Assembly (NCBI GenBank): GCA_021815065.1
Contig: JAKAHI010000001.1
Coordinates: 1-28,605 of the forward strand
Reading direction: 5' to 3'
Length of the DNA: 28,605 bases
From: a bacterium
GTDB taxonomy: Bacteria; JAMCPX01
The stretch's first letter is position 1, and every line of letters begins with the position of its first letter. The position numbers and the translations under genes were made by a program. The notes beneath the pieces were generated by a model that ran no database searches, was not told the DNA's origin, and saw only the letters and a list, made by a program, of their open reading frames with translations. Positions 7,894 to 15,726 of this stretch are shown piece by piece.

Positions 7894-9249
7894 TTAATAC
7901 CCTTGAACAATTTTCAGTGCCTCCCTTCGGCTGCCCGACGTTATAACCGGAACCCCGGTATACGATCTTTTGGCTGCATGGTTTGCCAGCGCCGCAGCCC
8001 AGAATCGGTCTGCATGGCCGTTGACATCCGATGCCGCCACGTCAAACCGGATATGCTGGGACTTTGTTGTGAACCTGCGTATAGAGTGCAGGTCTTCCCG
8101 GACATCATGATCTGCCGGAACCCAGAAGGTGCGGTCCTCGAACTCCGATCGCAGAGGAGATGCCAGCTCTTCCTTGACCGCTTCCGAGAAGGTGAGCCCC
8201 TCGACTTTGTATTTTCCAAACGCCTCTTCCGCTTCTTCTGCAAGTTGCATACCGAGACCCGTTGCATCTATACAGCAGCGCCGGGCTTGCTTGTGCCTGA
8301 GAACTTCAAATAGGGCTTCACGCTGAACTCGAAACGGCGCTTTCTCGAGCACCTTTACCATGCGCGTGAACTTGACCTTGCCGACAGCCTCAACCACCCA
8401 GATGACGGTCAAGTCCTTCTTGCGGCCTATATCCACGCCAATATAGAGCGGGTTTGGAATACCATCGAGGGAGCGAAGCACATCGGATTCACAGCTCGTA
8501 ATCATATCGTAGGTCAGGAATGCCTGTGTCTCATCCACTGCCTGACAGCAGTATTCCTGAAGCCATGTATTTTCATCGTAGCAGTTTGCGTGCTGTTCGC
8601 TTAACCATTCGTCTCGTTCTTTCTGGGTTGCCTTTCGTTTCAGAATCTTATCGAGCAGGCCATCCTTGACAGCCTCCTGAATAGTTGTTGTGTGAAGCGC
8701 CCACTTTAAACGCCCCTTCTTTATATCCTGAATGAACTTGTAAAAAATATTTGTCTGGCCATTGTGTGTTGAGAGGATGCGTAGAGGATATCCCCACGTA
8801 ATGACCGGCCGTGCGGCAGCCCAGAGCTTGTCCTGGTCGTCGTGCCAGGCAAACTCATCGAGGATGACCTTGCCACCCTTGGAACGGAAGGCTTTCGGGT
8901 TTGAGCTTATCGCGTGAATTTTAACGCCGTTTGAAAGCTGGATTACAAAGGCTTTAATGTCCTGTTCCGAATCAATGATCTGCTCTCCGAGTTTCTGAGC
9001 CGCAACATGAAAAAGATGTGCCCAATACGCGCTGTAATCTATATATTCCCGTGCAGCAGACAAATCTGCGGATGTAAACCATACAGACGGTACGGTTTTT
9101 TCTATAGCGTCGGTAACATCCTCGTAAGATTGTGTGTAGGTTGCGCCGATGCGGCGCGACTTTTCCCAGAGCTTTATCTTGGATTTGTCCCGGAGCCAGT
9201 TTTGCTGATATTCAAGAAAATACTTTTGAGTGCGATCATTCAAGTCCAA
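7894..9249 (-). CDS. Terminase large subunit (Mu gp28-like)
   Basis: TTG start with AGGAGG SD; EKSRRIGATY Walker A, VILDEFAWH Walker B, IGVDIGRKKDLTV and HADRFWA nuclease motifs. Confidence 0.96.
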   Translation of the reverse strand: MDLNDRTQKYFLEYQQNWLRDKSKIKLWEKSRRIGATYTQSYEDVTDAIEKTVPSVWFTSADLSAAREYIDYSAYWAHLFHVAAQKLGEQIIDSEQDIKAFVIQLSNGVKIHAISSNPKAFRSKGGKVILDEFAWHDDQDKLWAAARPVITWGYPLRILSTHNGQTNIFYKFIQDIKKGRLKWALHTTTIQEAVKDGLLDKILKRKATQKERDEWLSEQHANCYDENTWLQEYCCQAVDETQAFLTYDMITSCESDVLRSLDGIPNPLYIGVDIGRKKDLTVIWVVEAVGKVKFTRMVKVLEKAPFRVQREALFEVLRHKQARRCCIDATGLGMQLAEEAEEAFGKYKVEGLTFSEAVKEELASPLRSEFEDRTFWVPADHDVREDLHSIRRFTTKSQHIRFDVAASDVNGHADRFWAAALANHAAKRSYTGVPVITSGSRREALKIVQGY

Positions 9250-9631
9250 AAGCCTCCTTGATCTGCTTTGTTGCTTCCTCGGTCAGGCCCTTGCGCTGGT
9301 CCTTGGTTGTATGCTCGTCGAGCAACTTAACGCCGGTGTATGCCTTGAGTGCAGAGATTGCTTTTGTTACTGCATAGACATTATGAGGGGTTGGATTGGC
9401 GTTTGCGGCTTCCAGGGCTTTTTTGGCGAGCTTGACGAGCTGTGCCTGGATGTCCTCTGTTGACTTTGCATGTTCGACACGCCTCTGGTCCCAATCGCCT
9501 TGCTGTTTCCAGTTGAACAATGTCTTGCGGGAAACCTTGCCTTCGAGCATTCCGACAATCGTGTCGAGGGAAAAACCGTCATACACATACTTACGCTTGG
9601 CTTCTTCGTAGTAGATCGCTTGCTTACTCAA
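9236..9631 (-). CDS. Terminase small subunit-like protein (DUF1804-type)
   Basis: N-terminal HTH (SLDTIVGMLEGKVSRKTLFNWKQQGDWD), directly upstream of TerL. Start placed at TTG 9631 (AGGAG SD) rather than the track's 9652. Confidence 0.75.
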   Translation of the reverse strand: MSKQAIYYEEAKRKYVYDGFSLDTIVGMLEGKVSRKTLFNWKQQGDWDQRRVEHAKSTEDIQAQLVKLAKKALEAANANPTPHNVYAVTKAISALKAYTGVKLLDEHTTKDQRKGLTEEATKQIKEAFGLE

Positions 9632-9872
9632 GGGCCTGCTCCTGCTTATCAATAAGCTCTTTTAATGCCTTGCCCTCAAGCCATAGCTCGTAAAAATCAT
9701 CAAATGCAACCTTTGCGGCTTCCATATCAAGTTCCGTAAAATGTTTACCGAGCAAAGGATCGAGCGTCTCGCGGATAGTTCGTATGTGTGTGTCTGCACG
9801 GAGATCCATTTTGCGTAAAGATGCCTTGTTCTGCGTTAATCTGGCTCTTAAAAGAAGGCGTTCATCACCCAT
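9624..9872 (-). CDS. Hypothetical protein (82 aa), gp26-position
   Basis: Overlaps both neighbours, GAGG SD, helical character. Confidence 0.75.
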   Translation of the reverse strand: MGDERLLLRARLTQNKASLRKMDLRADTHIRTIRETLDPLLGKHFTELDMEAAKVAFDDFYELWLEGKALKELIDKQEQALE

Positions 9873-10188
9873 TTGTTGCCTCCCTTACCTTGTCTGCCAT
9901 TGTATATGGGCAGACAATCGGTTTCTCGAGCTTTACACTGAGACGGTCCATCACCCCAGCTACGAGAGCTTTATACTCCTGATCGTCTTTTAGGAGCTGG
10001 ATGATGGTACCGGTCGTTTCAGCATAGCGCTTATCTGAGAGATTAAAGAGATTGGCAATCTCCTGACGGGTCTGATCTTGCACCTGGTTACTGCGCTTGA
10101 AAGTATAATACCACGCAATAAAGAAACCAACATTGAAGATTATCAGCGCGCCACCCGGAGACATTAAATCGCGTATCCATTGTTCCAT
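9865..10188 (-). CDS. Single-TM plus coiled protein (107 aa), gp25-position
   Basis: N-terminal hydrophobic segment (GGALIIFNVGFFIAWYY); AGGAG SD; first gene of the leftward late block. Confidence 0.75.
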   Translation of the reverse strand: MEQWIRDLMSPGGALIIFNVGFFIAWYYTFKRSNQVQDQTRQEIANLFNLSDKRYAETTGTIIQLLKDDQEYKALVAGVMDRLSVKLEKPIVCPYTMADKVREATNG

Positions 10189-10190
10189 TT

Positions 10191-10218
10191 TATAAGCTCC
10201 TTTTTACAGGAGCTTATA
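10191..10218. promoter_or_regulatory. Perfect 11-bp inverted repeat covering the SD of the first leftward late gene
   Basis: tataagctcct-ttttac-aggagcttata; ends 2 nt from the ATG at 10188. Confidence 0.7.
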
Positions 10219-10236
10219 CATCGGCGCCCTCTCAAT

Positions 10237-10261
10237 TCTCTACTGAACAGTTCATTAGAGA
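10237..10261. promoter_or_regulatory. 25-bp dyad, candidate late-activator operator
   Basis: tctcta-c-tgaac-a-gttca-t-tagaga; 11 of 12 arm positions complementary; central in the divergent spacer. Confidence 0.5.
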
Positions 10262-10302
10262 TGTTTTTTTTACTCAGCTACATTAGGCGTAACGAGGGAA
10301 AA

Positions 10303-11553
10303 ATGGATTGGATACAAATTTTTAAAACAGGGAAGCACACGGATTCGCAGGGCGTCGAACGCGAGTGGACAGAGAAGGATCTCGACACAATCGTTTCGCA
10401 GTATAAGCCCACGGAACACGAAGCGCCGGTGGTGATTGGACATCCAACCTCGGATGCGCCGGCTTACGGCTGGGTCGAGGCGCTCAAGCGAGACGGCACA
10501 ACCCTTTATGCCAAGCTCAAACAGATCGTCCCCGAGTTTTTGAATGCCGTCAAATCAGGCATGTATAAAAAGAGATCAATCTCGCTTTATCCCGATCTCA
10601 GTCTCAAGCACATAGGTTTTCTCGGCGCAGCTCCTCCGGCAATTAAGGGGTTGGCGGATGTGAAGTTTAACGCAGACGACAAGGCTGTAGCAATCGAATT
10701 TGCGGCCGCTGATGCAGACAAAAAAGCCCAGGAAGAGCGCTCTAAAAAATACGGCATCTCTATTATAGACGGCGGAAGTGTAACCAAGCCGTCGAAGTAT
10801 GAAAGTATAAGCGACGAGGATTTCGCGGACCCGGTCAACTACAACTATCCCATCGACAAGGATTACATCCATGCCGCACTCTCGTACTGGGGTATACCGA
10901 AGAACCGGGAAGCGTATTCAAGCAAGGATCAGAAGGTCATCCGAGACCGCATGATCGAGGGTGCGAAGAAATACGACGTGCAACTTGATCCCGAAACATG
11001 GAAATTTAATCAAGGAGGTAAAGATATGGAATTAGAGGGCAAAGTCAAAGATCTTGAATCTCAGAATGCAAAAAAAGATGAGACGATCAAGGTACAGACC
11101 CAGCAAATCGCAGAGTTCTCGGAAAAGGTGCAAAAATCCGAGAAGGAACTGACGGACGCAAAAACCGCACTCGCGAAAATCGAATCCGACAAACGGCACG
11201 GAGAGTTCGTTTCATTCTGCGACGAACTGGTACGGGCGGCCAAACTCACACCTGCACAAAAAACATTCGCACTGGACTTCATGGAGATCTCACATAAGAC
11301 CGGCGAGTACGAGTTTGCAGAATCTGAGGGCAAAACAACCAAGGCATCGGTGCTTGATAAGTTCAAGGCCTTCTTGAAGCTCCTGCCGAAGCAGTTTGAG
11401 TTCAAAGAGGTTGCGACAAGCGGTCAGGACACCACGGAGCAGTCCCCGGAGGAGATTGCAGAGAAGGCACGGGAATTCATAAAGCAGCAAAGCGAAGCGG
11501 GCAAGGACATCACCTATACCGCGGCCGTTAAACACGTAATGGAGGGAAAATAA
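10303..11553 (+). CDS. Prohead protease/scaffold (Mu gpI-like) with an inserted domain
   Basis: MDWIQIFKTGKH, APVVIGHP, YKKRSISLY, HIGFLGAAPPAIKGL motifs; true start ATG 10303 (GAGGG SD), not 10180. Confidence 0.92.
   Translation: MDWIQIFKTGKHTDSQGVEREWTEKDLDTIVSQYKPTEHEAPVVIGHPTSDAPAYGWVEALKRDGTTLYAKLKQIVPEFLNAVKSGMYKKRSISLYPDLSLKHIGFLGAAPPAIKGLADVKFNADDKAVAIEFAAADADKKAQEERSKKYGISIIDGGSVTKPSKYESISDEDFADPVNYNYPIDKDYIHAALSYWGIPKNREAYSSKDQKVIRDRMIEGAKKYDVQLDPETWKFNQGGKDMELEGKVKDLESQNAKKDETIKVQTQQIAEFSEKVQKSEKELTDAKTALAKIESDKRHGEFVSFCDELVRAAKLTPAQKTFALDFMEISHKTGEYEFAESEGKTTKASVLDKFKAFLKLLPKQFEFKEVATSGQDTTEQSPEEIAEKAREFIKQQSEAGKDITYTAAVKHVMEGK
11026..11553 (+). CDS. In-frame internal-start scaffold protein (Mu gpZ-like, 175 aa)
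   Basis: AAGGAGGT SD before in-frame ATG 11026; coiled-coil sequence follows; same arrangement as Mu I/Z. Confidence 0.75.
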   Translation: MELEGKVKDLESQNAKKDETIKVQTQQIAEFSEKVQKSEKELTDAKTALAKIESDKRHGEFVSFCDELVRAAKLTPAQKTFALDFMEISHKTGEYEFAESEGKTTKASVLDKFKAFLKLLPKQFEFKEVATSGQDTTEQSPEEIAEKAREFIKQQSEAGKDITYTAAVKHVMEGK

Positions 11554-11554
11554 A

Positions 11555-11929
11555 ATGTTAAACAGAATTCTGGTAAAAACATTTGTTGCCGGTGCGGCAC
11601 TCAACCCGAATCAGCTTGTCAAGTACGGGGTTGATGACAATACCGTCATTCCGGCAGCCGCTGCCGCAGACAGCATAATCGGGAGCACCGGTGCTATCGG
11701 TGCAGATCTGGGAGACCGTATCGATGTGACGCTTATCGGCGTTGAGGAAGTCTCGTACGGCGGGAATGTGACGAGGGGAGATCTGGTGACAAGCGACGCA
11801 AACGGGGCCGTTGTTACCGCAGCGCCGGTCGCCGCGGCAAACGCGCGAATCGCCGGTATTGCCATGGTAAGCGGCGTCGCAGGTGATATTGGATCGGTGC
11901 TGATAAAGCCCGGTTCAATGCAGGGTTAA
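11555..11929 (+). CDS. Capsid decoration/cement protein (DUF2190-like)
   Basis: 124 aa, Ala/Gly/Val-rich (GGNVTRGDLVTSDANGAVV), between protease and capsid genes. Confidence 0.85.
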   Translation: MLNRILVKTFVAGAALNPNQLVKYGVDDNTVIPAAAAADSIIGSTGAIGADLGDRIDVTLIGVEEVSYGGNVTRGDLVTSDANGAVVTAAPVAAANARIAGIAMVSGVAGDIGSVLIKPGSMQG

Positions 11930-11950
11930 TAAAAAAGGAGGACATGATAT

Positions 11951-12907
11951 ATGGCACCTACAAATATCGCACCGGTTGGTGCACCGTTTGTTGTCAACCC
12001 GACACTTACGGCTATCGCAATCGCATACCGAAATCAAAGACTCATCGCGGACATGGTATTCCCGCGGATTCCAGTCGGGACTGAATTGTTCCGGTACATG
12101 CTGTTCCCGATGGGAGGAGCGTTTACCGTACCGAACACCTACGTAAGCCGTAAAGGACGCCCCAACGAGGTTGAGGTGAACTCACAGGATGTCGAAGACC
12201 GCTGCCAGGATTACGCACTTGATGACCCTGTACCGCAGAAGGATATCGATAACGCCCCGCCCAATTACGACCCACTCGGCAGGGCAACAGAAAGGGTCTC
12301 AGACCTGATTGAGCTTGACAGGGAGATCCGGGCGGCCGGCATGGTATTCAATACCAACAATTTCGCCGCCGCAAACCAGACAACCCTCGCAGGGACCAGC
12401 CAGTGGAGTGATATAACCGATGCGGTTTCAAACCCGCTTTCGGACATCCTCAACGCACTGGACTCATGTGTTATAAGGCCGAACATTATGATCATCGGCA
12501 GGGCAGCTTTCACGAAGCTTATCCAGCACCCCAAGATCGTACAGGCCGTATTCAGGAACTATGCACAGGCCGGTGTAGTACGCAGGGAAGACATTGCCGC
12601 CGTTTTCGAGCTTGACCAGGTACTCGTCGGAGAAGGCTGGTTGAATACCGCGAAAAAGGGACAGGCTGTTACCATGGCCAGGGTATGGGGCAAATCATGT
12701 GCTTTGGTTTTCCAGGACAAAAACGCAGACAACCAGGGTGGTACAACCTTCGGATATACTGCGCAGTTCAAGACCCGGGAAGCCGGCACAATCCCGGATG
12801 CCAAGATGGGAGCCAGAGGCGGACAGTGGGTGCGGGTTACCGAGACGGTAAAAGAGGTTATCTGCGCATCTGACCTCGGATACCTGATCGCAAACGCAGT
12901 CGCATAA
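11951..12907 (+). CDS. Major capsid protein
   Basis: 318 aa; LTAIAIAYRN, IADMVFPRIPV, WSD...NPLSDI, GYTAQF motifs; canonical position. Confidence 0.92.
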   Translation: MAPTNIAPVGAPFVVNPTLTAIAIAYRNQRLIADMVFPRIPVGTELFRYMLFPMGGAFTVPNTYVSRKGRPNEVEVNSQDVEDRCQDYALDDPVPQKDIDNAPPNYDPLGRATERVSDLIELDREIRAAGMVFNTNNFAAANQTTLAGTSQWSDITDAVSNPLSDILNALDSCVIRPNIMIIGRAAFTKLIQHPKIVQAVFRNYAQAGVVRREDIAAVFELDQVLVGEGWLNTAKKGQAVTMARVWGKSCALVFQDKNADNQGGTTFGYTAQFKTREAGTIPDAKMGARGGQWVRVTETVKEVICASDLGYLIANAVA

Positions 12908-12929
12908 ACACAGTAATCAACAGTATTTT

Positions 12930-12958
12930 GGAGACGCTGCGCCATTTGCGGCGTCTCC
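12930..12958 (+). other. Stable stem-loop after the capsid gene, no U-tract
   Basis: ggagacgctgc-gccattt-gcggcgtctcc; more likely an mRNA-stabilising or attenuating hairpin than an intrinsic terminator. Confidence 0.55.
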
Positions 12959-12980
12959 TCTGAAAAAAGTGGAGGTAAAT

Positions 12981-13127
12981 ATGGGAGAATCTATCAAAGG
13001 TTATGTTGTCAAAGTGCCGATACGACACAATGGCAAGGAGTATAAAGTAGGCTCTGAGATCGGATTGACCGAAGCAGATGCAAAGCAGCTGCTCGAATCA
13101 AAGGCAATCGAGGCGATTAAGAAATAA
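12981..13127 (+). CDS. Small head-associated protein (48 aa), absent from ORF track
   Basis: GGAGGT SD; MGESIKGYVVKVPIRHNGKEYKVGSEIGLTEADAKQLLESKAIEAIKK; TAATG overlap with the next gene. Confidence 0.85.
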   Translation: MGESIKGYVVKVPIRHNGKEYKVGSEIGLTEADAKQLLESKAIEAIKK

Positions 13128-13555
13128 TGATCTACTGCACGCTGGACGACATACTCGCAAAAATCCCCCGGCAGAACCTGCTACAACTGACGGATGACGA
13201 GGGCGTTGGCGATATTAACCAGGACAGGGTTAATGCGGCCATCACCGAGGCGCAGACTGTCATTGACGGGTTTCTTACGAGCCGATATGAAATGCCGCTT
13301 ACAAGCGTGCCTGCACTTATAAACCACCTCGCAGTGGATCTTGCCATTTATTCAATATATAGCAGGCGCATGGAGACAGATATGCCTCCAGCTATGCAGG
13401 ACCGCCATGACAGCGCGATGAAGCTGTTGCTCCAGATTCAGAAGGGCGTTGTCCAACTTGGAATCGAGACAACCCAGAGCGCACCCGGGGATTATAAAAC
13501 CAACAAAACACCTTTAGACAGGGTGTTTACAAGCGACAGAATGGACAAATACTGA
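13127..13555 (+). CDS. Head-tail connector (Mu gp36/DUF1320-like)
   Basis: YCTLDDI, LLQLTDD, IDGFLTSRYEMPL, LAVDLAIYSIY motifs. Confidence 0.93.
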   Translation: MIYCTLDDILAKIPRQNLLQLTDDEGVGDINQDRVNAAITEAQTVIDGFLTSRYEMPLTSVPALINHLAVDLAIYSIYSRRMETDMPPAMQDRHDSAMKLLLQIQKGVVQLGIETTQSAPGDYKTNKTPLDRVFTSDRMDKY

Positions 13556-14121
13556 TGGACCCGGCCAACAATTCATACCTGACACTTCTTCCCGGAGTCT
13601 CGCGTACCCGGTGCACGGATCCGGTTATCTATACACTCGATACGTTTTTCAAGAACCGGCCTGCGCATGTATCGAGCATATACCGAAGCCCGCAGCACCA
13701 GCTGGCGCTGCTGCGTGATTTTGCCCACAAAAAAGGGCTTACGTTTAAATACCCGGAGGCAATGACCTGCGATCTCGATGACCGGGATGCACAGGGACAT
13801 TACGTATGGCAATGGCTCTGGAGTGACCTATTGCACGAGGGCATCATAATCAACCCACCCCTTAATGCGCACGTACTCATGGACTACATCAGAGACGGCG
13901 TCAACAAGAGAGGGGAGCTGATACCGCAGTCATCGCATACTGCGGGTATTGCCTTTGATATTTCAGGACGATATAATGACGAGATTATTCTCGACGACAT
14001 AATTCTGATCATGGCGAAGATCTATTTGAAGCCCCTTGGTATAAAGTCAACAACGATCGAGCACCAAAACGATTGTTTCCACGTCACCTGCTTGTGCGGA
14101 GAAGGCAATGAAGCTGCCTAA
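13555..14121 (+). CDS. Putative M15-family Zn peptidase endolysin
   Basis: SIYRS...Q (R44), SSHTAGIAFD (H128/D135), EHQNDCFHV (H176); followed by a holin-like gene. Confidence 0.75.
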   Translation: MDPANNSYLTLLPGVSRTRCTDPVIYTLDTFFKNRPAHVSSIYRSPQHQLALLRDFAHKKGLTFKYPEAMTCDLDDRDAQGHYVWQWLWSDLLHEGIIINPPLNAHVLMDYIRDGVNKRGELIPQSSHTAGIAFDISGRYNDEIILDDIILIMAKIYLKPLGIKSTTIEHQNDCFHVTCLCGEGNEAA

Positions 14122-14371
14122 GCTCAATTTAGTTGGCAATGAAGAACGCCAGCACCAGATTATATTTATTCTGGGCTTTCTGGTCCTCTCGGCTGTTTTG
14201 ATTTTGCAGGTCATCAAAGCTCACACCATGCAGCCGGAAGTTTATGTGATGTACCCGGTTGGAGTCACCGTCCTTTTTGTGCCGTCTACGGCAATCCGGA
14301 TTATCAAGGCATGGAAAGGACACACTACAGACAAAGACAAACAAGATGGGGGCGGCGATGACAACCCTTGA
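14108..14371 (+). CDS. Putative holin (87 aa, 2 TM, charged tail)
   Basis: Two hydrophobic segments and a highly charged C-terminus; adjacent to the endolysin. Confidence 0.65.
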   Translation: MKLPKLNLVGNEERQHQIIFILGFLVLSAVLILQVIKAHTMQPEVYVMYPVGVTVLFVPSTAIRIIKAWKGHTTDKDKQDGGGDDNP

Positions 14372-14909
14372 AAAAGCCCTCAGCATTGTTTGTGCAGTTG
14401 CCGTTATCGCAGCTATATATTCATGGTATCGGCCTGTTAATGCGCAGGTGCAAACTGTAAAAGAATTTGTAAATGTCCCGGTTGAAAAGATTGTTACGAG
14501 GATTAAAACTGTCGCAGTGCCGGTGACAACAGTTGTCACGTATGAAAAGCCGGTCATCGTGCAAAAACTGGAACTCCCGGATTGGGTCAACACCGATACA
14601 GACATGCAGGTGATTGCACAGGGTGATGTTTCCCCATATCTCGGCACAACCAATGTTGTGGCGCTTCTGAATACCAAAACCGGGCACGCGAGCCTTATTA
14701 TGAAGCAAAAGCCTATGCCGATTATTGCATTTGAAAGCATCGGAGAGGTTGGTGTGAATTATTACCCATTTGCGTACAAAGCGGGGATTATCTCGCTTCT
14801 TGCGAGATACAGTTTTTTGAGGATCATGAATCTGCATATCGAACTTAACGGGGAGGTTGATACAGCCGATACGGCAAAAGCCGGCGTTGGTATTGTGTAT
14901 CAATTTTAA
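14358..14909 (+). CDS. Membrane-anchored protein at spanin position (183 aa)
   Basis: Start at ATG 14358 (MTTLEKALSIVCAVAVIAAIYSWY); Val/Thr-rich stalk; C-terminal amphipathic strands ending in YQF. Confidence 0.6.
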   Translation: MTTLEKALSIVCAVAVIAAIYSWYRPVNAQVQTVKEFVNVPVEKIVTRIKTVAVPVTTVVTYEKPVIVQKLELPDWVNTDTDMQVIAQGDVSPYLGTTNVVALLNTKTGHASLIMKQKPMPIIAFESIGEVGVNYYPFAYKAGIISLLARYSFLRIMNLHIELNGEVDTADTAKAGVGIVYQF

Positions 14910-14911
14910 AC

Positions 14912-15232
14912 ATGATTACACGACTTGGACATACTGTATACGGATTGCCGTTCATAGTAAAAGACGGCACCGGAACCCCGGTTACGGGCATTATAAATGC
15001 AAACTTTGTTATAGAGCTAATAAGGGAAGGGCTGACGGTCACCGATATTGTAACGGTAACTGAACGGGTAGATATTGCAAACGGGTATTACCAAGCAAAC
15101 TATGTACCATCCTCAATTGGCCACGATGTGCTGGTAATTTCACATGCAACATACGGCGTACTTTCTATAAGCCGGGAGCTGATTGTGGGGCCTCAATACG
15201 GACAACCCTCAATCTGGGAGAACCTGCCATGA
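14912..15232 (+). CDS. Hypothetical beta-rich (Ig-like?) protein (106 aa)
   Basis: Tight operon spacing; PVTG...TVTE...GYYQANYVP pattern. Confidence 0.7.
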   Translation: MITRLGHTVYGLPFIVKDGTGTPVTGIINANFVIELIREGLTVTDIVTVTERVDIANGYYQANYVPSSIGHDVLVISHATYGVLSISRELIVGPQYGQPSIWENLP

Positions 15233-15726
15233 CAAGCGACAAATCAACTGCAATCCAGGTGCTCTCGCAGAGCACGTTCCCGAATGTGCAAGCCCTTGCA
15301 ACCCTTGCCACAAACGAGTCGAGTGCCTGCTATAAAGAGCTTTTCGCAGCCGGATATAAGCTCACAAAGCCGGAAACTGAGGATGCAATTACAAGGCTCT
15401 TAACCTCCGGGATGCGGGAGCTTGTGGTAAACTCATGCCTTTTTGTAACACCGGCCTTTTATTACGTGATCATCAATAACCTCGCGAACATCGCCAAAAA
15501 CGACCTCTGGGTGCTCCTGAGATACATAGATTCCGACGAAGTGCGGCTTTCTATACTTACTCAGCTTTCATACCCCAATGACATACCCATGATTGCAGCC
15601 CTTATCAAACGCATGAAGGATAAGACACAAGTACCCGCACAATATCAAACAAGCCAAAGCGATATAATCCAGGCTTCTTTAAAATCGTTTATCAAAACTC
15701 AGCAAAAGGCCATGTCATGGCAATAA
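15229..15726 (+). CDS. Hypothetical alpha-helical protein (165 aa)
   Basis: ATGA overlap with the previous gene; overlaps the next gene. Confidence 0.75.
   Translation: MTSDKSTAIQVLSQSTFPNVQALATLATNESSACYKELFAAGYKLTKPETEDAITRLLTSGMRELVVNSCLFVTPAFYYVIINNLANIAKNDLWVLLRYIDSDEVRLSILTQLSYPNDIPMIAALIKRMKDKTQVPAQYQTSQSDIIQASLKSFIKTQQKAMSWQ

Noticed and set aside
7695-7910. 71-aa ORF across the terminase-portal gap
   Set aside because: Overlaps both neighbours, no clear SD or motif; cannot be supported, though a short peptide is not excluded.
10180-10302. 41-aa N-terminal extension of the protease in the track
   Set aside because: Overlaps the divergent gene and control region; SD and family N-terminus fit ATG 10303.
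14259-14357. Upstream start for the spanin-position gene
   Set aside because: Lies deep in the holin; ATG 14358 gives a normal N-terminal TM.
14857-15063. 68-aa overlapping ORF as an embedded o-spanin
   Set aside because: Hydrophobic stretch too short, no valid lipobox, and GGGAGG directly abuts the TTG.
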